Below, in pieces: positions 52,477 to 64,000 of a stretch of DNA of 64,000 bases. Source of the stretch: Lama guanicoe. Lineage: Eukaryota. Positions within the stretch are counted from its first letter, which is position 1. Every line of letters starts with the position of its first letter. A program made the position numbers and the translations under genes. The stretch is taken from the NCBI GenBank assembly GCA_013239625.1, contig MU053881.1, positions 2,294,001-2,358,000 of the forward strand. The letters run 5' to 3'. The notes beneath the pieces were generated by a model. The model did not search any database and was not told the origin of the DNA. It worked only from the letters and a program-made list of their open reading frames with translations.

Positions 52477-55400
52477 ATTTTTAAACTTTTATTAAGTAAT
52501 AGTCATTTTACAATGTTATGTCAAATTCTAGTGTAGAGCACAATTTTTCAGTTATATATGAACATACATATATTCAGTCACATTCCTTTTTTCACTATGA
52601 GCTACCACAAGATCTTGTTTATATTTCCCTGTGCTATACAGTATAATCTTGTTTATCTATTCTGCATTTTAAAATCCCAGTCTGTCCCTTCCACCCACTG
52701 CCCCCCTGGCAACCACAAGTTTGTATTCTATGTCTATGAGTCTGTTTCTGTTTTGTATTTATGTTTTGTTTTGTTTTGTTTTTGGATTCCTTATATGAGT
52801 GATCTCATACGGTATTTTTCTTTCTCTTTCTGGCTTACTTCACTTAGAATAACATTCTCCAGGAACATCCATGTTGCAGCTAATGGCGTTATGTTGTCAG
52901 TTTTTATGGCTGAGTAGTATTCCATTGTATAAATATACCATGTCTTCTTTACTCAGTCATCTGTTGATGGACATTTAAGCTGTTTCCATGTCTTGGCTAT
53001 TGTAAATAGTGCTGCTATGAACATTGGGGTGCAGGTGTCATTTTGAAGTAGGGTTCCTTCTGGATATATGCTCAGGAGCTGGATTCCTGGGTCATATGGT
53101 AAGTCTATTCCTAGTCTTTTGAGGAATCTCTATACTGTTTTCCACAATGGCTTTCCTTACTTCCCTCTCCTTAATGATTTAGATGTCTTCTTTTACAATT
53201 TTGTGTTTATTCTTTTTGTAATTCATGGCAGTTATCTCCTTTCCAGTTATGAGTTTCTCATTTTTGTAGCATCCTGCTTTTCTATTTATAGTAGACCTGC
53301 CAATATTTCTTTTAGCATGGGTTTAGCGTTGCTAAACTCTTTTAGTTTTTGCTTGCCTGTGAAGTTCTTTATCTCTCCTTTTATTCTAAAGGATAGCCTT
53401 GCTGGATAGAGTGTCCTAGGCTGCATCTTTTTTTCATTCAGGACTTTTAATATATCTTGCCACTCCCTTCTGGCCTGTAGTATTTGTGTAGAGAAATCAG
53501 TTGAGAGCCTTATGGGGGTTCCCTTGTAACTCACTCTTTGTTTTTCTCTTGCTGCCTTTAGGATCATTTCTTTATCCTTGGCTCTGGCCATCTTGATTAT
53601 AATATGTCTTGGTGTGGGTCTGTTTGGGTTCTTCCTGTTTGGAACCCTCTGAGCCTCCTGTACTTGGATATCTGATTTCTTTAGGTTTGGGAAGTTTTCA
53701 GTCATGATTTCTTCAAAGACCTTTTCAATTCCCTTTGTTCTTTCTTCCCCTTCTGGAACCCCTATTATGTGTAGATTAGCACGCTTTATATTATCTCATA
53801 GGTCCCTTATATTGTTTTCATTGTTTTTTATTTGTTTTATTTTTTCAGCTGTTCTGGTTGGGTGCTTTCTGTTGTCTTGTCTTCTAGGTCACTTACTTGT
53901 TCCTCTGCGTTATCTAGCCTGCTTTGTACAGCCTTTAGATCAGATCTCATGTCAGCAAATGAGTTTACTAATTCTACTTGGTTCTTCTTTATAGCTTCTG
54001 TTTCATTTTTGACATATTTTATATCTCTAAACACTATTTCTTTTAGTTCCTTCAGTACTTTGCTCACTCCTTTTTTGAAATCTTGATCTAGTAGGCCATC
54101 AAATGTCTATTTCTTTGATCGTGTCTTGAGGTGATTTCTCTTGATCTTTTAATTGGGAGTGGTTCCTCTGCTTCTTCATATTACTCATATCTCTCTGGCA
54201 CTGTGGCTTAAGGAGTATCAGTTATCTAGTTCTGGAGACGCTGTGCTCTTAATGATCTTATTGAGAGGTCTTTGTGTCTTCGCCCTGTTTTGCGAACTCA
54301 GCTTGCTGTTTCCAGAGGCCCTCTGTTGACCCCCTCTTCTGTGCTGCTCCCAGTGGCTGTTGGCTAGCAGATTGCGCCCCCTCCCACCACTGGGTCAGGT
54401 GCTGAGCTCTTATCTGGTGGGCAGGCGGGTCACTCCCCCTCCTGATGCCATCAGTCAGATGCTGCACTTGAGGGAGGCAGGTGGGCCGATCGTGCCTCCT
54501 CCCAGCACCGTGGTCAGGTGCTGCGTTCCTGCCAGGAAAGCGGGTTGCCGCCCGCCCTTTCCCGGCGCTGGTTGCTCCGCTGCTCTGTGCAGCTGCCTGC
54601 TCCACCTGAAGGTGGGTTCGGGGAAGACCACTGAACAGCCCTGCCTCTGCTCCATGCCAAATCTCAGCTCCTTGTTTATCTTGGCTGTGTAAGTTCTCTG
54701 AGGGCTCAGGGCAGGAAGATCTTATCTGCCTCCAGCTGTAAACAAGTCTCAGTCATGTCTAGGAGGTTGCGGAACCCCTGGGTGCCGATTCAGGTCTTGG
54801 CCCCACACACGCCTGGGCGCCATGCACAGGAGGAGATGGCAGCTGTGGCTGAGTCCTGCATCTCTTCTCGCAAGAAGTGCCAGTAATGGTGGCACAGGTC
54901 TGAGGAGACAAAGGCTATGGCGCCCCTCCCCCCAGGGCACACCAGCCATGTTGCTTTGCTTTTTTCGCAATTTATGGGGACCAAGGTTGTTCTGCTCTGT
55001 ATCCCCTCCCAGCCACGGCATGCAGCACCCAGCAGTCCCCTAGGGCTGCCTCAGTGCAGCCACCCCAGTCCTCTGCCCAGCTCGGGCCACCTGCCCCAGC
55101 CCCAGCTGCTGGCTCGCATCTCAGGCTGGGTGTTGTGGGAACCCTTTGTGTCCATTTAACTTAGTTCTGTCGGTCAAGGGGTGCTCAGGGCAGATTTGAG
55201 CCTCGGAGTTTCCCCCTCCGTCCCACTGGCCTCTCCGTTGGAGAGGGGAGACCCAGCGAATGAATGCTTGTCCTCTTTAGCCACTCCCTCCCTGTGGGAT
55301 CAGTCCCGCACTGTTTTGCTTTTTCTTCTTTCTTTTTTCCTACCAGATTTTTGGCATCTTTGTCTTTCGAAGAGGGCAATGTTCTGTTGGAGTTCGGCAG

Positions 55401-55506
55401 GTGCTCTAGTTGTCTTAGTGGGTCCGTAGATGTGAGTTTTGGTGTATTTGTGGGAGACGGTGAGCTACAAGCGTCCTTCTACTACGCCATCTTGCTTCTC
55501 TCCACC
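52477..55506 (-). mobile_element. ~3.0-kb L1 with 5'UTR, disrupted ORF1, last ~120 codons of ORF2 and 3'UTR; most of ORF2 missing
   Basis: 5' end ggagagaagcaagatggcgtag (YY1-type motif), GC-rich 5'UTR at ~54200-55506, ORF1 pieces 53837..54067 and 53286..53705, junction at ~53151, 3'UTR to ~52480. TSD cattaaatatatat (52463-52476) / cattaaatgtacat (55507-55520). Confidence 0.92.
53286..54188 (-). pseudogene. L1 ORF1p, frameshifted
   Basis: MSNMKKQRNHSQLKDQEKSP..., coiled-coil SRLDNAEEQVSDLED, and ENFPNL...QEAQRVP...RPTPRHIIIKM...YPARLSF; split across frames. Confidence 0.9.
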
Positions 55507-56421
55507 CATTAAATGTACATTTATATTGAGCATCAATTTTATGCCAGGAATGTAGAATACTGATGTGATTAAGAGGTAGTCTGCTGGGGGAAGTAAATAG
55601 GTAAAGCAATAATTAGAATGTTGTGTGAGAAATGCTGTGATAGATATGTACGTAGGGTCCTGTTCACGTGTAGAGATTGTGGCCTTCTTGGGTCAGAGAA
55701 GGCTTCCTAGGTACTGCCAACTGGTAATGCTGGGCCTGAGTTATTCTTGGAGCAGTATGGAAAATTGACTAGAGAGATTGAAATTAAGAAATAACAAGAC
55801 AACTAATGAAGCAGTGTCATGAGAGTGGACAGATTTTAGAATCTTTTCTTGAGAGAATCAGTCAAACTTTGTGACTGAGGGTCAAGATGATCCAAGGCAT
55901 CTCTCACTTAGGTTTCTGACTAAGCCTACTGTAGGATGCTCAACTTTAGAGAGTCCCTGAGTAATTCAGAAGACTGTTGTTTATCATGTTGTTATTTAGG
56001 CTCCTTTACTGATAGCCCCCGGTCGATACTTATTTAGCACCTACTATGACCCAGATACTGTTATACAAGGTAAGGATACAGCACTGAACAAAAGAAATCT
56101 GTGGTCTCACGAAGCTTACATTCTCATGGGGGAAACAGATGATAAATAAAATTTAAGAAACATAAAATGAGAAAAGAGGAAAGAGAATGACCAGGGCATG
56201 GAGGGGCAGGGCTCTTAAATAAATAAGATCAAGGAAGGCTTCTTAAGGTGTTATTTGAATAGAGTCATTCTATGTTAAAGGGATTAAGTATATAAGACCC
56301 TAAAGCAAGAGTGTGTTTGGCATGTTTGTTAGAGCAGTAAGGAAGTCACAATGACTGAAGTGTGGGATGAGCCACAGGGGAAAGAGGAGAGAGAAGCCAT
56401 GGGTTTTTTGCACTTTTTTCT

Positions 56422-56617
56422 TTTTTTTTTTTTTACATTTTTTTTATTGATTCATACTCATTTTACAGTGTTGTGTCAAATTCCAGTGTTCAGCACAATT
56501 TTTCAGTCATTCATGGACATATACACACTCATTGTCACATTTTTTTCTCTGTGATTTATCATAACATTTTGTGTATATTTAATTAAACAAAAACAAAGCA
56601 TAAATACAGGACAGAAA
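56422..56617 (-). mobile_element. 196-bp L1 3' end with a small inverted segment
   Basis: Perfect 13-bp TSD tgcacttttttct at 56409-56421 and 56618-56630; poly-T, L1 3'UTR, then 37 bp of opposite-strand 3'UTR. Confidence 0.85.
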
Positions 56618-56974
56618 TGCACTTTTTTCTGAATATGATGAAAAGCCATAGAAGGATTGAGAGCAAGGAAGTGATGTAATCTAACTCTGGCTACTATGTG
56701 GAAAACAGTCTGTAAGAGGGACAGGAACAAAAGTAGAAGCAAAACAGACCAAACAGGAGGCTATTGCAGTGTTCCAGGAAAGGTCTAATGTTTACTTGGA
56801 TCACAGTGATATATGCAAGGTGAAGAAGTTGTCAAATTTGGGGTATATTTTGAAGGTTGAACCTACAGGATTTGTTGGAGTATGAGGGAAAGTGTAAACT
56901 CAGAGGTGACACTAAGGTTTTGCTCCAAGCAACTAGGTTGATCGTGATTCCATTTTTTGAGGTTGGGAAATACA

Positions 56975-58400
56975 GGGGATCCAAAATAGCCAAAATAGCC
57001 TTAAAAAAGAACATAGTTGAGGGTTCACAGTTTCAGATTTTACAACTTACAAATCAAGACTGGCCTAAGAATAGAGAAGTCAATCTATTTGTCTATCTGT
57101 CTCTGGAATAGAATTGAGAGTCCAGAATTAAAACAGTATATTTATGGGCTGTCCATTTGTGACAAGGCCATAGGACAGTTCAGTGGGGAGGAAAAATATC
57201 TTTTCAAGAAATGGTGCTGGGACAAATTAATATCCACATGCGAAAGAAGTTGAACCCCTACCTCACACCATATTAAAAAAAATGGATTGAAGACCTAAAT
57301 GTAAGTGTTAAAACTATAAAAATCTCTTAGGGGTAAGTGTTTATGACCTTAAATTTGGCAATGGATTCTTAGATATGACACCAAAAGCACAAACAACAAA
57401 AGAAAAAAATAGATAATTGGACTTAATCAAAATTTAAACTGTTGTGCATCAAAGAACACTATCAAGAAAGTGAAAAAAAACCCTACAGAGTGGGATAAAA
57501 TAATTATAAATTACATATCTGATAAGGGTCTAGATTCCAGAATCTATAAAGAACTCTTACCACTCAACAACAAAAAAGAACCCAATTAAACCACCATATA
57601 TAAAAATAGATTAAAAAAAGTTTCTTCTATGTAGCACAAGGAACTATATTCAATAGCTTGTAATAACCTATAATGAGGAAAATATGAAAATGAATATGTG
57701 TGTGTGTATGCATGGCTGGGGAATTGTGCTGTACCCCAGAAACTGACACATTGTAACTAACTGTACTTCAATTTAAAAAAAATTTTTTAAAAAGAACCCA
57801 ATTAAAACGAAAGGTTTACATAGACATTTTCCCAAAGAGTATATACAAATGGCCAGCAAGCACATACAAAGATGATCAACATAATTAGTCATTATGGAAA
57901 TGCAAGTCAAAACCACAAGATACCACTTCATACCTACTAGAATGGCTGTTGAAAAAAAAAGTGAAAATAACAAGTGTTGGTAAAAATGTGGAGAAGTTGG
58001 AACCCTAGTACATTGTTGGTGGGAATGTAAAATGGTGCAGCTGTTCTGGGAAAAAAGGGAATGAAGTTCGGTTACATGCTACAGTATGGATGAACCTTGA
58101 AAATACAGGTTAAATGAAGGAAGTCAGTCACAAAAGCCTGTGTATTATGTGATCCCATTTATAAGACATGCCCAGAATAAGCAAATTCATAGAAAAGGAA
58201 AGATTAGTGGTTGCCTAGGTCTGGGAGTTTGGAGGGAAAAGAATGACTGCTAAATGGGAACTGGTTTCTTTTTTAGTTAATGAAAATTAACGTTATGAAA
58301 TTGATACTGGTGATAGTTGCACAACTATGAATATACTAAGAACCATGAACTATATACTTTAGTGAATTTTATAATGTGTAACTTTATCTCAATAAAGTTA
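56975..58400 (+). mobile_element. Old L1 (L1MB-like) ORF2 end and 3'UTR with a younger L1 3' end nested at 57591-57788
   Basis: WNRIESPE...LFKKWCWDK (ORF 57017..57253); the nested insert has an 18-bp TSD aaaaagaacccaattaaa at 57573-57590 and 57789-57806. Confidence 0.85.
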
Positions 58401-59829
58401 CTATATTGAAACAAAAAAAGAATGGTGACAGCAGAGGCAGGATGGATATTGAAAGTCTGAGGAAAGCAGAGATGTAGTCTCAGTAGAATAAACTGACTGT
58501 GAAAACATTAGGACTGCTAGGCAATCACTGTCAGCCTAGCAAGGGGGCACTTGAGGCTTGTGGTCTTAAATATTAACGTGAGCACAGTCAGCACCATTGT
58601 GCTGCACAGGTAGGGGAACATAATAGGTGGAGAACTGAATTTAACGAAAATTGGGTTTTGCCGGGAGTACAACAGAAATTAGAACAAATTGAGAGGATAT
58701 TCAAGGGAATTGTTAGTATGATAACCAAGAAATCCAAGTTAGGTAAGAAGGAAAATGAGGACGTGATAGGGTGACGAACAACGAAACGGTGATAGACTGG
58801 AATTTGGCGTCCTAGTGGGGCTGGAGGATTATTAGAGCGAGGGAATTAGAGGGAGTGAGTTGGAAAAGAGAGGTGGTGGTGATCTTGGAAGTGGCATGAT
58901 TATTATTGACAGGCTCAATCAGGGTTTGTCACTGGAACCACAGAGCACAGAAACGGAATCAACTGTTTTCCTGGCTTGTCCCCAGGATGGTACATAACCG
59001 GTACTGTTCTAGATGCAGAGGACAGAGGTTAATGTATTATATACGATGGTATAAGGCTGACTTCTCTCTCAGAACCCTGCTTGAGAAAGGCTGAGATGGT
59101 ATGATCCAGGGAGTTGATAGCCAAAATGTCAAGGAAGTGAGAGGACAGATACTGAATGAGTCATACCTTAGGTTGAGCTACAAAAACTGCAGCTTCATAT
59201 TCTTCAGACTAATACATAGATATTAAAATCACCAAGACTGATGGCAGAACTGGTGAAAAGGAAGACAGTAAATGACATGTTAAAATTTTCAGTGAATGGC
59301 TAGGAAGGTGGGTGGGGTGGATGACCAGGAGGATAGTAGATGACTACTTTAGGATAGAGTAACAGGGGTAGCAGAATGGTTCGTGCTTCATACTAGGTTT
59401 TTCCAGTAGTCTGGAAGCAGCAATTAGGTGTGAGAGGATATTTATCCCACTTCCTGGTCAGTGGTACTGTGTTTGTAAGGAAGACGAAACAGCCAGTACT
59501 TGAGAAGGTACAAAGAGAAGAAGTACCCTCAGAGGACAGCCATCTTTCAGTTATGGTAAGAAGATGAAGGGGACACTCATACAGAGGAGGCTGAGAATAT
59601 TGGGGATTTTTTTGATCACTGACCCAAAGTCCAGAGGGCAGAGTCATTTTGAGAGCAGGAGTGGGAGACTGAATCATATTAGAAAAGTCTCCCCAGAAGA
59701 GAGATTAGAGTCATGTGGGGATGAGAATCTAGGTAATGAGAGATGCTATGGGAAGCTTGACTTTCTTGGGGTATCCAAGGTAAACAGATTTAAGGCAAAA
59801 CAGGATTACTCCTGGTTATCTCTTAAAGG

Positions 59830-60012
59830 AGCAGTGCTAGTCAGTAGAACTGTCTGAAATGACAGAAATGTTCTGTATCGGTAGGATCAAACATGGTAGC
59901 CACTAATCACATGTGGCTGTTGAGCACTTGAAGTGTGGCTCATGGGACTGAGGAGCTGAATTTTAAATTGTATTTAATTCTCATTAAGATTTAAATTTAA
60001 ATAACTACATGT
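59830..60012. mobile_element. MER3-like hAT MITE
   Basis: tagaactgtctgaaatgacagaaatgttct...gtagccactaatcacatgtggctgttgagcacttgaagtgtggct...tttaaatttaaata. Confidence 0.75.
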
Positions 60013-61974
60013 CTTAAAATGGTAGATAATGGTTGGTTCTATTGATAGCCTTTTTGTTGGGGCTAGTCTGTAGGGGAAGGCTGCAGCATTGAGGCAGGCA
60101 ACATGCAAGTGGAGCAGGCCTTCCCTTTTTCCTCTAAGGTCCCAGTGAGAAAATGGTAGGCTGGAGGGTGGGCGGTCTTAGCAGGAACATAAACAACTCA
60201 GTTATTTCCTGCTGAGGTGGTTTTGAAGTTGAGGAAGACAAACAGACTATCCACTGTTATTTTGCCAAATCTCTCTTTTTTGTACATATAAGTTTCACTT
60301 TCCTCAAGGAGCCATTGTCTTTACTATTTACAGTTCAAGGCTATATGTTTTAGTTTTTGATTGCTTATTCATTTTAGGTTTAAACAAATGTGCTGATGTT
60401 TACATAGTATTGGAAATTGTTCTGTAATGTTTTAGTTATTTGTCCATTCTGTTTGTACAAATCAGAATGGCAACCATTTAAGTCTAAGACCTCACCCAAA
60501 TTATAGACAGACTGGTAAGTATTGGTTCTAAGGATGGGCTTAAATCTTTGGATAAGGCTAAGAAATAGATATGGAACACTAATAATGAGAATTATGCAAT
60601 AATAAACAACTAACATTTTCTGAGTTCTTTCTGTGGGCTGAACACTCTTACAACTTATTTGAATTACAAGATGTGATCCTTACCAAAACCCATGAGGGTA
60701 GATGTTATCATCTCATTTTGTGAGTAAGTCAGCTGATACTCAGAGAACTTAAGTAATTTGCCTAAGGCAACACAGCTAGTAGAGTCCCAGCTTGGAGACC
60801 ATTTCTTCCGACTCTAAAGTTGGTGCACTTTATTCTGCTGTGTGCCACTGCTTCTTTGTATCTTAACAGTGTCAAGCCAAGTCGCAAGCACGGTTCCAGA
60901 GGGCATTTTCCATCCAGTGGTATCTAAAGGCCTAAGTTAATGGTCATAGGTTTATAGGTGGCTCTCTCAGCTTTCAGTGATGTCCCTCCTTTCTGTTTTG
61001 CTTACATTGCCCTGGTAGTTGTCCTCAAACTCCATTATTTCCTTTTGAAATCTTTGGCTGTTGTCACCAGCAGCTAAGTTTTTGGACTTAAGTTTCATAC
61101 TGAATTCTCTGCCTGCAGCTAGTTGAAATGGTTCTCTCAATACTCGTAAACCAGAGGAGGAGGTTCCTTTAGAGCAACTTACACCTTTCTGCTCCTTTGG
61201 AGGGGCAGTAGTTTTCAAAGGAAAAATGCAGCTGCAAGACCCAGTCCAGTTTGCTCTGATCATAATGTTTAATAATAGAATTAGCATATAGTTCTTAGTC
61301 ATCTACCAAGTCTTTTTTCCACCTGCCCACTTAACCACTTTTTCTCTTCCCATCCTTTAACCCTCCGATTTCCCAGGAGAGGCAGCCTGCTCTGGTAGAA
61401 GAGTATATGCTGCTTTAAAGTCAAGCTCATGTTGCATTCCTGGTGCCATATTTCTTTGTTGTTGTTTTAGCTTTGTGATCTTGATCAGTTTATTGCATCA
61501 TTTATAAAATACCGATAGTGATACATGCCTTGCAGGATTGTTGTAAGAAGTAGAAATTATGTTTATTAAGTCCCTGGCACAGAGAAGGTCTTTATAAAGC
61601 AAGAGCCCCCTTTTCCCTTGAATCCATTGCTATGATTTAATTTGGCAAATATTTATTAGTGTCTATTCTGTTACCAGACTGCTAGGGATGGTGAAGAGAT
61701 CAAAACAAAACCCGGAATCTCTGGATTCTGAGAGTGGTATGATGTAGAAAGGAGACTGACATATAAACAAATACCTGAAACGTGCTAGGTGCAGTAGAGA
61801 GATACATATATAAAGTGCTAGAAGTGATTAATTCTTTTTCCAGCTCTGTCTTCAGAGTGGTTTCCAAGTATTTCTTTTGGAAAAATACTTGGTACTCAAG
61901 ATGGGGGTGCAAATAGAAAGAGAAGAAGGGGGAAACAACCCTTAAAGGTTTCTGTAATCTGAGATGCCAACCTT

Positions 61975-63540
61975 TTAAGGATTGATTTCTGCAAGGCACT
62001 TGATAAAATCTCTCATGAAGTCCTTGTATATAAGATGGAGAAAAAATGTGGGCTGGCTGATAGAATAGGAGGTGGATTTTGAAGGTGATTATACTTCTGT
62101 GTCCAGGGTTTTTTTCTCCTGCAGTACTTAATTTTTACTTATAAAATCTCTGGGTTGGAAGAAACCTTAGAAATAGATCATCTTCTCTAACCTGCTGTGA
62201 CTAAGACCTCGCTATAACCTAGTCTCTTCTTCTCCCTTTGAATTTTTTTTCCGTACCTGTGACTCATTTATTTTGTAATTAGAAGTTTGTACTTCTTAAT
62301 CTCCCTCACCTATTTCTCTCCTCCCTCCACCCTCCTCTCTCCCACAACCACCTGTATCTGTGCCTCTGTTTCGATTTTGTTACATTTGTTCATTTGTTTT
62401 CTAGATTCCACATATAAGTGAAATCATATAGTATTTGTCTTTCTGACTTATTTCACATAGCATAATACCCTCTAGGTCTATTCCATGTTGTCACAGATGA
62501 CAAGGTTTCTTTCTTTTTTTTTTTAATAGCTGAGTAATATTCTGTGTGTCTGTGTACCTCACATCTTTATCCGTTCATCTATTCATAGGCACTTAGGTTA
62601 CTTCCATATCTTAGCTATTGTAAACAATCCTGTAGTGAACATAGGGGTACGTATTTTAGAATTAGTGTTTTCATTTTCTTTGGGTAAATACTTAGCCCTT
62701 TTAATTTTTAATTCAACAGTACAGAAACTATATAGTGAAAAATATGCCTCCCTCCTATTTCAGTCCTCAGGTGTTCCTTTCATCCTTCTCAGAGACAGAA
62801 ATACTGTTCATAGTTGCTTCTGTGTGTGATCATGTTTTATTACATATAACTCTTTACACCTTGTATTATAGTTAATTGAGTTTATGTGCTGTCTTTCTTA
62901 GTAAGTTGTAAACTCCTGAAGAGCAAAGGCCATGCCTTGTAATTTCCTATATCTCCCCGAATTACTTGCACATTGAAGATTCTCAATAAATATTTACTTA
63001 AGTATTTAAAGGAAATTTAAGACAGGTTTCCCTGGTAACAGGCCAGAGTTTTCTATGTCCTTGGCCATATCATTTACAGCTATTTTCCCCCAGTGACTTG
63101 GATGAAGATGTAGAAAGCATGCTTGTCATATATGCAGACGACACAAAGCTGGGAGAGCTGACAACATCAGATGACAGAATCAAGTCTGTAGGTGATTTCA
63201 ACAGACAGGAATAAATACAAAGTTCTGTTAAAGAGGGAACAGCTTAGATACCCTAGTATAGAATTAGGAGACCTTTCTTGATAACAGTTTTAAAGATGAT
63301 TTGGGAGGGTAGGGTATAGGTCTTAATTGTCTTTAAGCTCAGTTTAAACCAGTAATGTACCAGGATTGGCAATAAAATAAACACAGCCTTGGCTGAGTTA
63401 GTAGAATATGACTCCAGATGGGGTAGCTTGTGGTTCTTGTGTTCTTTTTACTGGTCAGGCTGTTGGAATATTGGGTCCGTTTTGGGGGGTCACACATATA
63501 AGGAGAGACTGACAAATTGGGGTATATGTAGAAGAGGTTA
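61975..63540 (+). mobile_element. CR1/L3 LINE RT relics (~61975-62090 and ~63030-63540), interrupted by other repeats including an L1MA-like 3' end at ~62240-62690 (-)
   Basis: Translations DFCKALDKISHEVLVYKME and DLDEDVESMLVIYADDTKLG match CR1 RT motifs (DFxKAFD, FADDTKL). Confidence 0.8.
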
Positions 63541-64000
63541 ACTACAAAGGTAAAACATGGGTAAAGGAATCAAACGGATTTACAGTCTACCCTAGGTTCT
63601 TCTTACCAATTGTGATAGCTTGGCAAAGTCAGTTGCTTTGAGTTTGTTTTCATACTTTTAATATAGGGCAGAATGATAACACCAGTCTCTAGAGGGTCAT
63701 TAAAAGGATTAGACCTAGGCCTTCAAAAAGTTCTGCAATCCAAATCTTATTAGTACCTATTTTGAAGGTGGTTACATTTTAATGGGTCAGGCAGTTAAGT
63801 AAAACCAAAATTATAATTCAGGTTGTTAAGTATTCATAGAGTTTACTTGTGGAAAAAGGGGTAAACTTATATTCATACAGCCCCCAGTAAATGTAGATTG
63901 AGCCAGATTGTTGTGTAATAGTAGAATAGATTTCCCTGAGAGGAAGTGAATTCTCCTCAGTGAATGGATATAGTCAAGTTGAGATTGTAAAATCCCTTGC

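Noticed and set aside
54258..55512. Cluster of overlapping GC-rich ORFs, possibly a nested gene or CpG-island promoter
   Set aside because: They lie inside the L1 5'UTR bounded by the element's TSD. Stop-poor GC-rich sequence explains them, and none resembles a protein I know.
41634..64000. Further UIMC1 exons (second zinc finger, C-terminus)
   Set aside because: I found no matching coding segment with splice sites; the region reads as one long repeat-rich intron continuing beyond the window.
1..64000. CRISPR arrays, operons or other prokaryotic systems
   Set aside because: The sequence is clearly mammalian exon-intron DNA, with no regularly spaced repeat-spacer arrays or dense ORFs.

Overview
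Mammalian genomic DNA, very probably camelid, judging from repeated copies of a Vic-1-type tRNA-derived SINE. The window holds the body of UIMC1 (RAP80, BRCA1-A complex ubiquitin/SUMO reader) on the + strand. Nine coding exons lie at 2661-2807, 12026-12110, 23884-24008, 24732-24837, 25143-25879, 31729-31790, 33852-33928, 37414-37514 and 41480-41633. They join in one open frame (1594 nt, about 531 codons) encoding the SIM, tandem UIMs, Abraxas-interacting region and first zinc finger. The promoter/first exon and the C-terminal exons appear to lie outside the window. The introns are mostly transposon-derived (L1 of several ages, SINEs, MIR/L2/CR1, an LTR, hAT and Tc1/mariner relics), and nearly all other ORFs in the track are L1 debris or noise. 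I cannot support a wholly new biological system. The best leads are: (1) a TSD-flanked ~3 kb L1 with both ends and ORF1 but almost no ORF2 (half-L1 or spliced-L1-like); (2) a polyadenylated, 3'-truncated U5 snRNA retrocopy; (3) an inverted L1 with a probable 3' transduction; (4) an old-type L1 tail inserted with TSDs inside a younger SINE; (5) a GC-AG intron and a tandem in-frame acceptor in UIMC1. Repeat family names come from recall of consensus sequences, not from a database search, and repeat boundaries are approximate unless TSDs are given.
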